Shown here piece by piece: positions 50,685-61,024 of a DNA stretch of 64,000 bases. The notes under the pieces are model-generated. The model was not told the origin of the DNA and searched no databases. It worked only from the letters and a program-made list of their open reading frames with translations. This stretch comes from an uncultured delta proteobacterium (GTDB lineage: Bacteria > Myxococcota_A > Polyangia > Haliangiales > Haliangiaceae), in assembly GCA_963848295.1 (NCBI GenBank), contig CAWKDB010000010.1, positions 2,144,001 to 2,208,000 on the forward strand, written 5' to 3'. Within the stretch, counting starts at the first letter, position 1. Each line of letters starts with the position of its first letter. A program made the position numbers and the translations under genes.

Positions 50685-50754
50685 GCGCAACTCGATGAAT
50701 GCTGGTGACGAGGTGCCAACCGCGTTGGCGGGTCGTGTCGCTCGGTGGCGCGCT

Positions 50755-51498
50755 TCACCTGGTCGCGGTGCGCGGACCGGTGAGCCGGTGCCGTGCGCGA
50801 GCGAGCGCCACGCGGGCGACCGCGGGCGAATCCGCGGTCACGACGACCACGACCTGGCCGTCCTGATCGAACACCGTGGTCTGCGCGCCGGCGACGAGCG
50901 TCGGGTCATCGGGCATCAGCGCCGGATCCTCGCCCGACATCGCCCAGCGCGCCTGCTGACACGCGATCGAGTCGCGCATCCAATCCGCGGTCAGGCCGCG
51001 AACGCGGGAGAACACGACGCGCACGCCGCGGAGCTCGCCGCCTGCGCGCTCGGGCAGGACGGCCATGACTTCCTGGCGATGTGCGAACGGCGAATGCTCG
51101 CGCTCTTCAGGCGAAACCTTCGCGCACGCGACTCGCTCGGCGTCGATTAGCTCCTGCGCAGCATGGCGCTCGCGCTCGGCCGCACGACGCTCGTGCTCGG
51201 CCGCATCGAGCTGGCGCAACGCCGCTTCTTCTTCGCCGTTCCAGCACGGGTTCCACGTCGTGACCGGCAGGCCACCGGTCGTGAGCTGGTCGTTGAGCAC
51301 GCCGTCGCCACAGACGTAGGCCTCGGGGCCGACGCGCGCTTCCGCGACCGCCGCGGCGCCTTCGTGTTGTTGCGCGGCCTGGTCGTGGCGCTCGGCGGCG
51401 ACGACGTGCTCGTCGTAGCTCGCGGGTGGAGGTGAACCGATCGTCCCGGCGCATGCGCCGAGGGCGCCGACGAGCACGACGCGATACGGACCGAACAT
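50755..51498 (-). CDS. Hypothetical lipoprotein
   Basis: ALGAC lipobox; His/Glu-rich helices; HSPFAH, RGLTADW motifs. Confidence 0.72.
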   Translation of the reverse strand: MFGPYRVVLVGALGACAGTIGSPPPASYDEHVVAAERHDQAAQQHEGAAAVAEARVGPEAYVCGDGVLNDQLTTGGLPVTTWNPCWNGEEEAALRQLDAAEHERRAAERERHAAQELIDAERVACAKVSPEEREHSPFAHRQEVMAVLPERAGGELRGVRVVFSRVRGLTADWMRDSIACQQARWAMSGEDPALMPDDPTLVAGAQTTVFDQDGQVVVVVTADSPAVARVALARARHRLTGPRTATR

Positions 51499-51510
51499 GA
51501 CCGACGAAGG

Positions 51511-51526
51511 TGCATCGCGCGCGCCA
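51511..51526 (-). promoter_or_regulatory. Candidate sigma54 promoter
   Basis: TGGCGC-GCGCG-ATGCA 12 nt before ATG 51498. Confidence 0.45.
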
Positions 51527-51587
51527 CCCAACTCGCGCGACTTGTCCGTCCGCCGAGCGCACTGGCCCGACGCGCGCTGCCGCACGG

Positions 51588-53534
51588 TTATTCGGGCAGC
51601 GCGTCGACGCCGGCGCCGAGCGTGATCGTGTTCGCCGACCCGCCCGACGGGGTCATGACGAGCGTGCCGCCGACCGAGTCGTGGTTGAACGTCACCGCGG
51701 CGGTGCTGCCATCGCTGAACGTGATCGTCACGCCATCGGCGCCGTTCGCGACCGCCGAGCCAACCGCGCCATCGATCCACACGACGTGGAGCCAGCGGTT
51801 GTCGCCAGCGGCCATCTTCTCGTCCAACCGAAAGCCCGAGTTGTAATCGCTGTCCGCGGTGTAGTCGTAGATCGACGAAGTCGCGCCCGCCGGCGTCAGG
51901 CGCTGGACGTTCAGCGTGTGGCCCGACGCGGTCATCGCCGCCGACGCGCCATCGATCGTCGCGGCCACCGGCGTCGCGAGCTGCCAGGTCTGCGCTTCGG
52001 TCGAATTGACGCGGTCGTAGATCACGACGCAATCGGGCTGCAGATAGAGCAGCTCGCGCTGATCGTTCTGGACCTGGGCCGCTCCGGCGAACACCGGCGT
52101 GATGTCCGCGGCGGCGTGGACGTAGCCGGTGCCGGCGTGCAGCGCGAGCAGCGTCGATGCATTACCGGGCTTCTGCGGGATCGAGTCGGTGTCGCCGATC
52201 TTCATCTCGCTGTGCGCCTCGACCTCTTGGCGCAGGCCCGAGTGCGAATCGATGTTCGAGTCGTAGCCGAGCCAGCCGTCCTTGTAGATCAGGAACGAGC
52301 CTTGATCCTGGTGCGCGTGGCTCTCGGTGTACGGACCGGCGATGAAGTTGACCCAGGTCGCGTGCTTGTCCCATCCGGAGCGCGCGTAGATCTGGCCGGT
52401 GCCCGGCCCGTAGAACGCGGTGCCGAGGCCGTCGAGCGAGGTCGCGGGGACGTTGGTGTTCTCGTAGAGGAAGTCGTAGACGTACATGAACCGCTCGGTC
52501 ATCGCCGGCACCGACGACGCCGCGAGCAGCGCCTGGGCCGGACCCGCGAGCGGGTCGGTCGGGAACTGGGAGATCAGCTCCTGCATGTACTGGCGGTGGT
52601 AGTCGAAGAACGACGCGGTCGAGTCGCGCGCTTGATCGCCGGTCGGCGCGATCCGATCGAGCGTCGGCACGACGCTGTGGATGAACGCGAGCATCGACGC
52701 CCGCGTGTGCGGCGTTTGCGTCGCGAGCACTTCGCCGGTCGACTGGTTCCACATGTCGTAGAGAAAGAACAACTCGCGCAGCGAGACGCCGTAACCGGTG
52801 CCTTCGCGCGAGCCACCACCGACGAGGTCGGAGTCGAACTTCGGTAGCAGCTCGTCGGTAAACTTCGTGTCGTGGAACTCGGTGAGCCACAAGCTCGCCA
52901 TCGGCGCCTCGTCGTGCGCGGCGAGGCCGAGCAGCATCGTCGCGGTCAGGAACGAGTAGTAGTAGTTGTCCTCGGGATCGTCGACCGCCCAGCCGTCCCA
53001 CGACATCGGCGTGCCGCCCCACGCGGCCTGGTCCGGGTTCCAGACGTTGAACACCGCTTGATCGGCGTACGCGAGCCACGCGGTGCGCTGATCCGAGGTG
53101 ACCGAGTCGTAACACCAGTCATAGGTCAGGGCGAGATCGCCGACCATCGTGCCGATGTAGAGGTAGTCATCGCCCGCGACATCGGGCGCGTTGCCCATCG
53201 CGATCGCGGCGTTCGCGGCGGTCACTTGCATGTCGATCGTCGCGACCGCGGCGGCGCAGTACTTCGGATCGGCGGTGAGCTGACCGAGCAGCGCGGAGTT
53301 CCACGCCGAGAACGAGTCGACCTCGTAGCCGCCGATCCATTTGTCGACCAGATCCTGGTAGGTCTTCGCCGCGGGCGAGCCAGCGGTCAGCGCGGCCTGG
53401 AGCCTCTGCTTGTTGCCGTTCTGAGCGAGAAAGATCCGCGGGTGCTGGGTCGTGAACGTCGGGCCACTGCCCCCACCGCCGCAGGCGACCGTCGTGGCAA
53501 TAACCAGGGCTGAGAGTCGATCGGCGCGGGTCAT
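51588..53534 (-). CDS. Heparinase II/III-like polysaccharide lyase lipoprotein
   Basis: QHPRIF, LALTYDWCY, SREGTGYG, YARSGW, SHAHQDQGSFLIY. Confidence 0.72.
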   Translation of the reverse strand: MTRADRLSALVIATTVACGGGGSGPTFTTQHPRIFLAQNGNKQRLQAALTAGSPAAKTYQDLVDKWIGGYEVDSFSAWNSALLGQLTADPKYCAAAVATIDMQVTAANAAIAMGNAPDVAGDDYLYIGTMVGDLALTYDWCYDSVTSDQRTAWLAYADQAVFNVWNPDQAAWGGTPMSWDGWAVDDPEDNYYYSFLTATMLLGLAAHDEAPMASLWLTEFHDTKFTDELLPKFDSDLVGGGSREGTGYGVSLRELFFLYDMWNQSTGEVLATQTPHTRASMLAFIHSVVPTLDRIAPTGDQARDSTASFFDYHRQYMQELISQFPTDPLAGPAQALLAASSVPAMTERFMYVYDFLYENTNVPATSLDGLGTAFYGPGTGQIYARSGWDKHATWVNFIAGPYTESHAHQDQGSFLIYKDGWLGYDSNIDSHSGLRQEVEAHSEMKIGDTDSIPQKPGNASTLLALHAGTGYVHAAADITPVFAGAAQVQNDQRELLYLQPDCVVIYDRVNSTEAQTWQLATPVAATIDGASAAMTASGHTLNVQRLTPAGATSSIYDYTADSDYNSGFRLDEKMAAGDNRWLHVVWIDGAVGSAVANGADGVTITFSDGSTAAVTFNHDSVGGTLVMTPSGGSANTITLGAGVDALPE

Positions 53535-53579
53535 AGGGAGACCGCCATAACACGCGACCTCGGACCGAGTCACCGAGAA

Positions 53580-54989
53580 TCAATGGGGCGCTTTAGGCTG
53601 GACCCTGGCGTTCCAAATAGTTAGCGAGAGCACGAGGCCCATCACTGCCATCGGGATCATCGCGATCGGCCAGGCGGTCCAGTTCGACGTCACCGCGGCC
53701 GCGGGATTGTCGACCATCTTGCCAGCGACGAGGATCTTCGACTCGGGCAGCAGGTGACCGTACACGAAGCCCTGCAGCGCGGTGCCGAAATAGACGAAGC
53801 CGTCGATCAGCCCGGTCGCGGTCCCCGCGTTGCGGCGACCGCCGAAGTCTTGGCTCGCGACGCCGGACACCATGCCGTTGACGCCGATGATCGCCATCGC
53901 CATCACGATGATCACCCAGCTGATGATCGCGGGCATGCCGAGCATCGCGATGATCGCGACCGAGCCGGCGAGCATGATCGAATAGAGCAGTACGGCGACC
54001 GGCGGCCGCCGCGAGTTGAACAGGTGATCCGAGATCACACCGGCGAACATGCCGCCGAGCATGCCGGCGACACACGACGTCATGCCCCAGTGCACGTCGA
54101 TGAACGTGCCCGACGCGTGCACGCCGCTGGCGAACGTTCGGTACCACTTGAGGATGCCTTGGCGCAGGAAGCCGGCCGAGAACGAGATGAACGCGAAGAT
54201 CAGGATGATCTTGTTCGTCAGCAGGCGCTTGATGATCTGGAGCGCCGGCGTCGCTGGGCCATCGTCACCGCTCGACGCGTCCGCGACATCGAAGTCGGCG
54301 AACCCGGCCTGCGCGGGCGTGTCGCGCACGAACAGGAACGACAGCACCCAGAAGATCGCGAGCATCACCGCGGGCGCGAAGAACAACCACTCGGGCGAGG
54401 TCAGCAGCGCGATCTTCGGCGCCCAGTCGAACGCGAGGTACAAGCCGAGCGAGATCAGGATGCCGAAGATCCCGCCGAACGTGCCGCGCTCGCGCAGGTG
54501 AAACCACGACGCGTTGACCTTGACGATCGCGACCGCGCCGAAGCTCTGGAAGTACATGTTGATCGCGAACAGCAGCGTCAGCGCGAGGATCGATGGATGA
54601 CCGCCGCCCGCGACCGCGACGCCCATGCCGATGTTCGCGGCCGACGAGCCCGCCGCGGCGATCAAGATCGAGAGCCGCCCGCCCCAGCGATCGCAGATCG
54701 GTCCGTTCAACAAGAACGCGAGGCCGTAGACGATCGATCCGACGGCGTCGATGTCGCCGAAGTCGAGGCCGCTGATCACGCCGACGTTCGGATCCTTGAG
54801 GTTCGTCAGGTTGTAGCGGCCCATGTACAGGAACGCGTAGGTCAAGCCGAGCGGCAACCAGTTGAGGACACGCCGGCGCAAGAACGCCTTCGAATGGCCG
54901 AGGTCCACCCGCGGCAACCGCCGCACGACGAGGGCGATCACCGCGCACAGCACGATGATCGGCACGACCTCGCCGGTGAGCTTGTCCAT
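53580..54989 (-). CDS. MFS transporter (GlpT/UhpC-like OPA family)
   Basis: YMGRYNL, CDRWGGR, WFHLRERG, AGTATGLIDGFVY. Confidence 0.88.
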   Translation of the reverse strand: MDKLTGEVVPIIVLCAVIALVVRRLPRVDLGHSKAFLRRRVLNWLPLGLTYAFLYMGRYNLTNLKDPNVGVISGLDFGDIDAVGSIVYGLAFLLNGPICDRWGGRLSILIAAAGSSAANIGMGVAVAGGGHPSILALTLLFAINMYFQSFGAVAIVKVNASWFHLRERGTFGGIFGILISLGLYLAFDWAPKIALLTSPEWLFFAPAVMLAIFWVLSFLFVRDTPAQAGFADFDVADASSGDDGPATPALQIIKRLLTNKIILIFAFISFSAGFLRQGILKWYRTFASGVHASGTFIDVHWGMTSCVAGMLGGMFAGVISDHLFNSRRPPVAVLLYSIMLAGSVAIIAMLGMPAIISWVIIVMAMAIIGVNGMVSGVASQDFGGRRNAGTATGLIDGFVYFGTALQGFVYGHLLPESKILVAGKMVDNPAAAVTSNWTAWPIAMIPMAVMGLVLSLTIWNARVQPKAPH

Positions 54990-55079
54990 GGCTGGACCGC
55001 CTTATACGCGAAAACGGTTGCATGCGTGGCCGCGATCACGCCCGGGCAACGCGATGCGGATGACCACGGTCTTCGCACC

Positions 55080-55550
55080 ATGTCATCAGCTCGTCGCTGT
55101 CTCGCTACCGCGGTCGTCACGTCGCTCGTCACCGCGTGCTCGCACCCGCACGACGTGGTCAGCGCGTTCCCCTATCGCCAACCGAACAGCGGCGCGCTCG
55201 ACGTCGTGCTCAACGATCCGTCGCGCAAGCTGACGGTCACGGTCGACGATCAGCTCGTGGTCGACCGCGCGTTCACGCGGCGCGCTCACATCGACGGCGT
55301 GCCGGCGGGCGTCGCGCGCGTTCACGTCGCGAGCGGTGGCGAATGCGAGCAAGGGCGCGCGTTCGATCGCAGGGTCACGATCGAGCCGGGCGAGCTCGCG
55401 ACCCTCGCCGTGCCGGGGCCCGAGCCGAGCCTGGGCTGCGAGGTGTTCGTCGGGCTCAGCGACGTCGCGCTCGAGATCGGCCTGGTCGCGCTCGCGATCA
55501 CGGTCGCGGCGGCCAACACCACGCAACGCCACGTACTTCACACCAAGTGA
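55080..55550 (+). CDS. Hypothetical lipoprotein (PEGA-like beta sandwich + C-terminal TM)
   Basis: LVTAC lipobox; VTVDDQ..IDGVPAG; hydrophobic tail. Confidence 0.6.
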   Translation: MSSARRCLATAVVTSLVTACSHPHDVVSAFPYRQPNSGALDVVLNDPSRKLTVTVDDQLVVDRAFTRRAHIDGVPAGVARVHVASGGECEQGRAFDRRVTIEPGELATLAVPGPEPSLGCEVFVGLSDVALEIGLVALAITVAAANTTQRHVLHTK

Positions 55551-55581
55551 CAGCGCGCCGCCGCGAGTCTAAAATTGTCGT

Positions 55582-56046
55582 ATGCGCAATCCTCACTCGA
55601 TGTGCCCAGCGTTGCTGATCGCGATCGCGGCGGCCGGGTGTGCGGAGAGCCGGCCGGTCGTCGACCCGCCGAGCTCGACCGTAGGTCCCCCTGGCGCGGG
55701 CGGCGTGATCGCAGGCATCGTCCATCAAGCCAACGGACTGCCGCTCGCCGGCGCGACGATCTCGGTCGGCGGCAATCGCGCGATCGCGGATGGCAACGGC
55801 GCGTTCCGGATCGAGCACGTCGCTTCGGGCGAGCACGAGCTGCTCGTCTCGTTCGACCATCGCATCTACGAGCTCGGCCAGGTGACCCCGAACACCGAGC
55901 TCGATCTCTCGGTCACGCTCGGCATGCGTCATCTCGACGGCGACCTCGCGACGATCCCCCCGAGCGTGCAGAGCGCCGATGGGCAATCGCGCACGCTCGC
56001 GCTGCATGGCACCGATGTCGGCAATTCGTCGTCGCGGCACTACTAG
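55582..56046 (+). CDS. Carboxypeptidase-regulatory-like domain lipoprotein
   Basis: AAGC; IAGIV...GLPLAGATI...DGNGAFRIEHV.SGEHEL; TAAAAT upstream. Confidence 0.72.
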   Translation: MRNPHSMCPALLIAIAAAGCAESRPVVDPPSSTVGPPGAGGVIAGIVHQANGLPLAGATISVGGNRAIADGNGAFRIEHVASGEHELLVSFDHRIYELGQVTPNTELDLSVTLGMRHLDGDLATIPPSVQSADGQSRTLALHGTDVGNSSSRHY

Positions 56047-56107
56047 CGGCGGATCGACGTTCCGCTCCGGCGCGAGCCGCGAGCGCTCGGGTTAGAATAG
56101 ATCCGCC

Positions 56108-56950
56108 ATGGATCACGCCCCGCTCCTCGCGAAGATCCCGATGTTCGAGGGATTGTCGCCCGAAGATCTCTCGGAGCTCGCACGCAGCTTCGTCGAGCGC
56201 AAGTTCCCCGCCGGCGCGATCATCATGAATCAGGGCGACTCGGGCACCGCGATGTACATCGTCGCCGAGGGCGACGTGAACATCTATCTGCCGGGCGAAG
56301 CGTCGCGCCGGATCTCGCTCAAGGACATCGCGCGCGGCGAGTATTTCGGCGAGATCGCGCTGTTCGACGATAAACCGCGGTCGGCGAGCGCCCTCGCGAC
56401 CACCGACGCGACGCTGCTCGAGCTCGATCGCAAGACACTGTCGAAGTACCTCGCGCAACGGCCGCACGCCGCGATGCTGTTGCTGCGCACGCTCGCGACC
56501 CGGCTGCGCGAGACCAACGAGATGTTGTCTCAACGCGCGGCGAAGAACGCGGTGCAAGAGATCGAGAGCAAGCTGACCTGGAGCCAGAAGCTCGCGGATA
56601 AGGTCGCGGAGCTCAACGGCAGCTGGGCGTTCATCTTGTTCCTGCTCGCGACGACGGTCCTGTGGGTGCTGTTCAACGCCGAGTCGCTGGATGCGCCGCA
56701 GTTCGATCCGTATCCGTATCAGCTGTTCAACCTCGCCCTCGCCGTGCTCGTCGGTTTGCAGGGCCCGCTGATCGTCATGAGCCAGAACCGGCAGTCGACG
56801 AAGGACCGCGCGACCGCCGAGACCGACTTCCAGGTCAACCTCAAGAACGAAGTCAACATCGAGACGCTGCTGCGCGAGCTCGGCGAGATGCGCGCCGAAA
56901 TGGGCAGCCGGCTCGACAAGCTCGAGGCTCAGACGAGTCGCGCGAAGTAG
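56108..56950 (+). CDS. cNMP-binding + DUF1003 membrane protein (paralog of 40027..40875)
   Basis: YFGEIALFDDKPRSASA; FDPYPY, LIVMSQNRQ, NLKNE. Confidence 0.9.
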   Translation: MDHAPLLAKIPMFEGLSPEDLSELARSFVERKFPAGAIIMNQGDSGTAMYIVAEGDVNIYLPGEASRRISLKDIARGEYFGEIALFDDKPRSASALATTDATLLELDRKTLSKYLAQRPHAAMLLLRTLATRLRETNEMLSQRAAKNAVQEIESKLTWSQKLADKVAELNGSWAFILFLLATTVLWVLFNAESLDAPQFDPYPYQLFNLALAVLVGLQGPLIVMSQNRQSTKDRATAETDFQVNLKNEVNIETLLRELGEMRAEMGSRLDKLEAQTSRAK

Positions 56951-57693
56951 TACGCGCTGACCGCGAGCCCGACCGTCACGACCGACCAGCGCAGCATCGC
57001 CGCCGGGACGCGTGCCGCGATCGCACCACCGATCACTCCGCCGATCGACGACCCGATCGCCATCGCGATCGCCGCCGGCCACGCGACGAGACCCGAGCCG
57101 ACGAACACGACCGCCGCCGCGACGTTGACCGACAGCGACACGGTTTGCTTCAGCGCATTGATCCGGACGAGCGAATCGTCGAGCACGACCGCGAGCGCGG
57201 CGAGCACGATCACGCCCATCGCCGCCCCGAAGTAACCGCCGTAGATCGCGACGAGGCCCACCGGGAGCGCGGCCCAGACTTCGCGATGCCGACCACCGCG
57301 CGCCGCGGCGCGCGCGTCGAGCCAGCGCCGCAGCCGCGTCTGACCGGCGAGCATGCCCGCCGCGAACAACAGCAAGAACGGCACGACGACGCCGAACGCG
57401 GCCTCGCCGGTGTGGAGCAACAACAGCGCGCCGCCGACACCCCCGGCCGCACCAGCGGGAACGACGGCGGATAACCGCGCGCGTTGACCGCGGAGCTGCT
57501 CGCGCTGCGCGACGGTCGCGCCGAGGTAGCCCGGGCACATCGCGACCGTGTTCGTCACGCTCGCCGCGACCGGCGGCAGGCCCGCAGCGACGAGCGCGGG
57601 AAACGTGATCAGGCTGCCGCCGCCCGCGATCGCGTTGACGATGCCACCGGCGAGCGCGGCACCGGTGACCAGCGCGGTCGCGCCGACATCCAT
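56929..57693 (-). CDS. TauE/SafE sulfite exporter family protein
   Basis: NAIAGGGSLITFP, IYGGYFGAAMG, INALK. Confidence 0.9.
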   Translation of the reverse strand: MDVGATALVTGAALAGGIVNAIAGGGSLITFPALVAAGLPPVAASVTNTVAMCPGYLGATVAQREQLRGQRARLSAVVPAGAAGGVGGALLLLHTGEAAFGVVVPFLLLFAAGMLAGQTRLRRWLDARAAARGGRHREVWAALPVGLVAIYGGYFGAAMGVIVLAALAVVLDDSLVRINALKQTVSLSVNVAAAVVFVGSGLVAWPAAIAMAIGSSIGGVIGGAIAARVPAAMLRWSVVTVGLAVSAYYFARLV

Positions 57694-57727
57694 CGCGCCA
57701 CTATACGACCCGGGGCTATGGTTGGAC

Positions 57728-58279
57728 ATGTCTGCCGAGCACCCGCGCTATCGCGTCGAAGGCGCCGACCACGTCGTCGATATCCAGGTCGGGACAATCG
57801 ACCGCCTGTTCGATAACCGCGATCCGGCACCGTTTCGCGAGCGCGACCTCGATCCGGATCTCCTCGAGTATCTCGTCGCGGCGTCCGAAGATCTGCAGCG
57901 GGTGCCGATGCGGCTCGTGCTGTGGTTCGCGCGGCCGTTGCCCGGCAATGAAGTCCGCGCTGCGCTGAAATCGCACTTCGAGTACGAGCTCGAGCGCATC
58001 GACCGCCGCCGCCGGCAACAGCGCCGGATCGGTCAGGCGTCGCTCGCGATCGGCCTCGTGCTACTCGTCGTCTTGTTGTCGCTCGCGCAGTTCGTCGACC
58101 GGCTGCCGCTCGGCAGGCTGCACGATCCGCTTCACGAAGGGCTCGTGATCATCAGCTGGGTCACGATGTGGCGACCGATCGATACGCTCGTGTTCGATTG
58201 GATTCCGCTGAGCCGCAGCCGCAAGCTGATGCAGAAGCTGCACGACGCACCGACCGAGGTCCGCGAGGGTCGCCCCTAG
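57728..58279 (+). CDS. Conserved hypothetical membrane protein
   Basis: DPAPFRERDLD, EGLVIISWVTMWRP. Confidence 0.8.
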   Translation: MSAEHPRYRVEGADHVVDIQVGTIDRLFDNRDPAPFRERDLDPDLLEYLVAASEDLQRVPMRLVLWFARPLPGNEVRAALKSHFEYELERIDRRRRQQRRIGQASLAIGLVLLVVLLSLAQFVDRLPLGRLHDPLHEGLVIISWVTMWRPIDTLVFDWIPLSRSRKLMQKLHDAPTEVREGRP

Positions 58280-58752
58280 TTACAGTTCGTGACCTTGAGC
58301 GCGGCGCTCAGGTCGAGCGTGCGCGGATCGGCAAGCGCGGTCAGCGCCGTGCAGTCCAAAGTGACGACAAAGTCGTGGCCCCCGTTGTTCGGCGCGATCG
58401 AGCAGCTGCCCGTATACGTCACACCGACGGCGGTGACCTGGGCCTGCGCGCCGCCGCTGTCGTTCTGTTCCGAGATCACGACCTCGCTCACGCCGTTCGA
58501 CGAGTTCGATTGATTGAGGTCGGCGCTCCACGTGTTGTCGGCGTAGTCGCACGTCCCGAAGAAATCGTTGCCGAGTCCGGGTGGCGCATCGAGCACGGCA
58601 TCCATCGCCTCCCAGGCTTGCACCATCACATCCGCCTGCCCGGGGTTGTGGATCGTCGCGGACAGCGTCCCATCGAGATCGATCTCGCTCGATCCACATC
58701 CAGCGAGCGCGAGCGCACATCCCAAGCCAAGGGCGAGTCGGTTCGTAGTCAT
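58276..58752 (-). CDS. Hypothetical lipoprotein
   Basis: LALAGC lipobox; beta-rich, paired Cys. Confidence 0.68.
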   Translation of the reverse strand: MTTNRLALGLGCALALAGCGSSEIDLDGTLSATIHNPGQADVMVQAWEAMDAVLDAPPGLGNDFFGTCDYADNTWSADLNQSNSSNGVSEVVISEQNDSGGAQAQVTAVGVTYTGSCSIAPNNGGHDFVVTLDCTALTALADPRTLDLSAALKVTNCN

Positions 58753-58790
58753 GACCACGACCTTATCCTCGCCCGCGGATCGTTGCACCT

Positions 58791-58806
58791 CGGCACGCGA
58801 TTCGCA
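58791..58806 (+). promoter_or_regulatory. Candidate sigma54 promoter
   Basis: CGGCAC-GCGAT-TCGCA upstream of the AAGGAGG SD and ATG 58835. Confidence 0.5.
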
Positions 58807-58834
58807 CGCACGAGACCCAATCAAGGAGGACGAG

Positions 58835-59080
58835 ATGCCGAGAGGAAGCAAAGCGAGCTACACGAGCAAGCAGAAACGGATGGCGAAGCACATCGAGGAC
58901 AGCGCGAAGAAGCGCGGAGCGTCGACGAAGCGCGCGGCGGAGATCGGTTGGGCGACGGTCAACAAGGAGACCGGCGGCGGCAAGCAGACCGGCAGCGGGC
59001 GCGGAAAACCCATGAACACCGCTTCGAGCCGCGAGGGTGGGCGTCGCAGCCACATGGGGCCGTCGCGCCCGATGCGCTAG
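58835..59080 (+). CDS. Small basic stress-type protein (often annotated 'plasmid stabilization protein')
   Basis: MPRG.K..YT.KQKR.A.HIE...WATVNKETGGGK..GSGRGK; strong SD. Confidence 0.8.
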   Translation: MPRGSKASYTSKQKRMAKHIEDSAKKRGASTKRAAEIGWATVNKETGGGKQTGSGRGKPMNTASSREGGRRSHMGPSRPMR

Positions 59081-59088
59081 GGCCCATC

Positions 59089-60549
59089 CTATTTCGGCGC
59101 GACGAGCCGGCGCTTGCCATCGGCGGCGAGCGTGACATCGGGCGCATCGAGGGCGTCGCGATCCCAGAGCTTGCACGTCACCTGCTTGTGCTGCTGATCG
59201 AGCGCCTCGCAGTAGTTCGTGAACTCGCAGCGACGGATCTCGGCGCCGCGCCCGGCGCGCAGCTTCGCGAACCAGTCGGGATCGGCGAGCGTCTGGCGCG
59301 CCGAGGCGATGAAATCCGCATCGCCGCGAACGAGCGCTGCCTCGGCATCGGCGAAGTCTGCGATCCCGCCGGCGGTGACGATCGGCGTCGTCATTCCCGC
59401 GCCGCGCACCGCCGCGCGAATCTGTCCGGCGAGCCCGATGTTGCGCGCGAACGGGCCACGCGCGTCGGAGTAGATCGTCGGCATGCACTCGTAGCCGGAC
59501 TGCCCGGTGTACGGATACGCCGACCAGCCGACCTTCGGCTGCTTCGCGTCCTCGAACTTGCCGCCCTTCGAGATCGACAGGAAGTCCAGGCCGGCGCGCG
59601 CGAGCTCGACACCGAACCAGGCGGCATCCTCGACGCGATTGCCGCCGGCGATCACGTCGTCGCCGAGATAGCGGCATCCGACGAGGGCTCGGCTCGCGAC
59701 CCGCTCGCGCACCGCCGCGACGACCTCGAGAGGCAGCCGAACGCGATGCTCGCGCGGCCCGCCATAGCCATCGGCGCGCGTGTTGAGCGCCGAGAGAAAC
59801 GACGCCATCGTGTAAGCGTGCGCGAAGTGCAGCTCGACGCCGTCGAACCCGGCCTTCACCGCCCGTTCGGCGGCATCTGCGAACAGCGGCGGCAACACGC
59901 GCGGCAGCTCGGCGATGTGCGGTAGCTGCGTGTCGGTGACGCGCTCGCGATAGCCGCGCTCGAGATCGTCGAGCTCGCGCGCGGTGAGCACACCGGACAG
60001 CTGGTTGTCGGCGACCGTCGCGAGCTTGGCGCGCAGCTCGTCGTCGCTGCACGTCAGCGCGGCTTCATCGCCGAGTCGCGCGAGCGCGCTGCGATGGTGC
60101 TCGCCGACCGCGAGGAAGCGCGCGAAGAACTTGTCGCGCGGCGGGCGCCGGCGAATCGCGAGAAAGTCGATGAGCTGGATCAACAACAGGGTCCGGCCGC
60201 CGGACGCTTCGCGCACCGCGGTCACGAGCCGCGACAAGCCCTCGATGAACCGATCGTGACCGATGCGGAGCAACGGCCCCGACGGGATGTCGCGGATCCC
60301 GGTCGCCTCGACGACGAGCACCCCGGGCTGGCCCTCCGCGAACCGGCGATACCAATCGATCACGTCGCGGGTCACGAACCCGTCGTCGGTCGCGCGCCAC
60401 GGCACCATCGCAGGTACCCAGGTCCGGCTCGTCGCGGTCCGCGCGCCGATCGCGAGCGGCTGGAACAACTGCGCCTTCGCGGCGACCTCGGCGGTCGGCC
60501 ACGACACCTGCGGGAGCTCGTGCTTGATCCGCTCCGGCGGTTGCCACAT
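59089..60549 (-). CDS. NADH:flavin oxidoreductase (OYE-like, long variant)
   Basis: PAMVPWRA, GFDGVELHFAHAY, R.DGYGG, ARQTLADPDW, CEFTNYC...C. Confidence 0.88.
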   Translation of the reverse strand: MWQPPERIKHELPQVSWPTAEVAAKAQLFQPLAIGARTATSRTWVPAMVPWRATDDGFVTRDVIDWYRRFAEGQPGVLVVEATGIRDIPSGPLLRIGHDRFIEGLSRLVTAVREASGGRTLLLIQLIDFLAIRRRPPRDKFFARFLAVGEHHRSALARLGDEAALTCSDDELRAKLATVADNQLSGVLTARELDDLERGYRERVTDTQLPHIAELPRVLPPLFADAAERAVKAGFDGVELHFAHAYTMASFLSALNTRADGYGGPREHRVRLPLEVVAAVRERVASRALVGCRYLGDDVIAGGNRVEDAAWFGVELARAGLDFLSISKGGKFEDAKQPKVGWSAYPYTGQSGYECMPTIYSDARGPFARNIGLAGQIRAAVRGAGMTTPIVTAGGIADFADAEAALVRGDADFIASARQTLADPDWFAKLRAGRGAEIRRCEFTNYCEALDQQHKQVTCKLWDRDALDAPDVTLAADGKRRLVAPK

Positions 60550-60574
60550 CGCCAGGGAGTCGTACCATGCCGCC

Positions 60575-61024
60575 ATGCTCAACGTAGGCGACCCGATGCC
60601 CGAGACCGTGCTCGTCGGAGACTCCGGTCCTGTGAACCTGCGCGATCACGTCGGCAAGCCGCTCGTCGTCTACTTCTATCCGAAGGACGAGACCTACGGC
60701 TGCACGAAGGAAGCGTGCTCGTTCCGCGATCAGTACGAAGACTTCATCGGCGCCGGCGCCGAGGTCATCGGCATCTCCCGCGACGACGCGAAGTCGCACG
60801 CCGACTTCAAGACCCACCATCGCCTGCCGTTCACGCTGCTCTCCGATCCCGCGGGCAAGGTGGCGTCGGCGTGGGGCGTCAAGGGCGCGCTCGGCTTGAT
60901 CCCGGGCCGCGTGACGTTCGTGTTCGACAAGGCGGGGGTGTGCCGCAACCGATTCGACTCGGCGATCCGGTTCGGCCGTCACGTCGACGAAGCACTCGAG
61001 GTGGTGAAGAGCCTCGCCGCTTAG
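60575..61024 (+). CDS. bcp: Peroxiredoxin BCP/PrxQ
   Basis: YFYPKDETYGCTKEACSFRD, GRVTFV. Confidence 0.93.
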   Translation: MLNVGDPMPETVLVGDSGPVNLRDHVGKPLVVYFYPKDETYGCTKEACSFRDQYEDFIGAGAEVIGISRDDAKSHADFKTHHRLPFTLLSDPAGKVASAWGVKGALGLIPGRVTFVFDKAGVCRNRFDSAIRFGRHVDEALEVVKSLAA

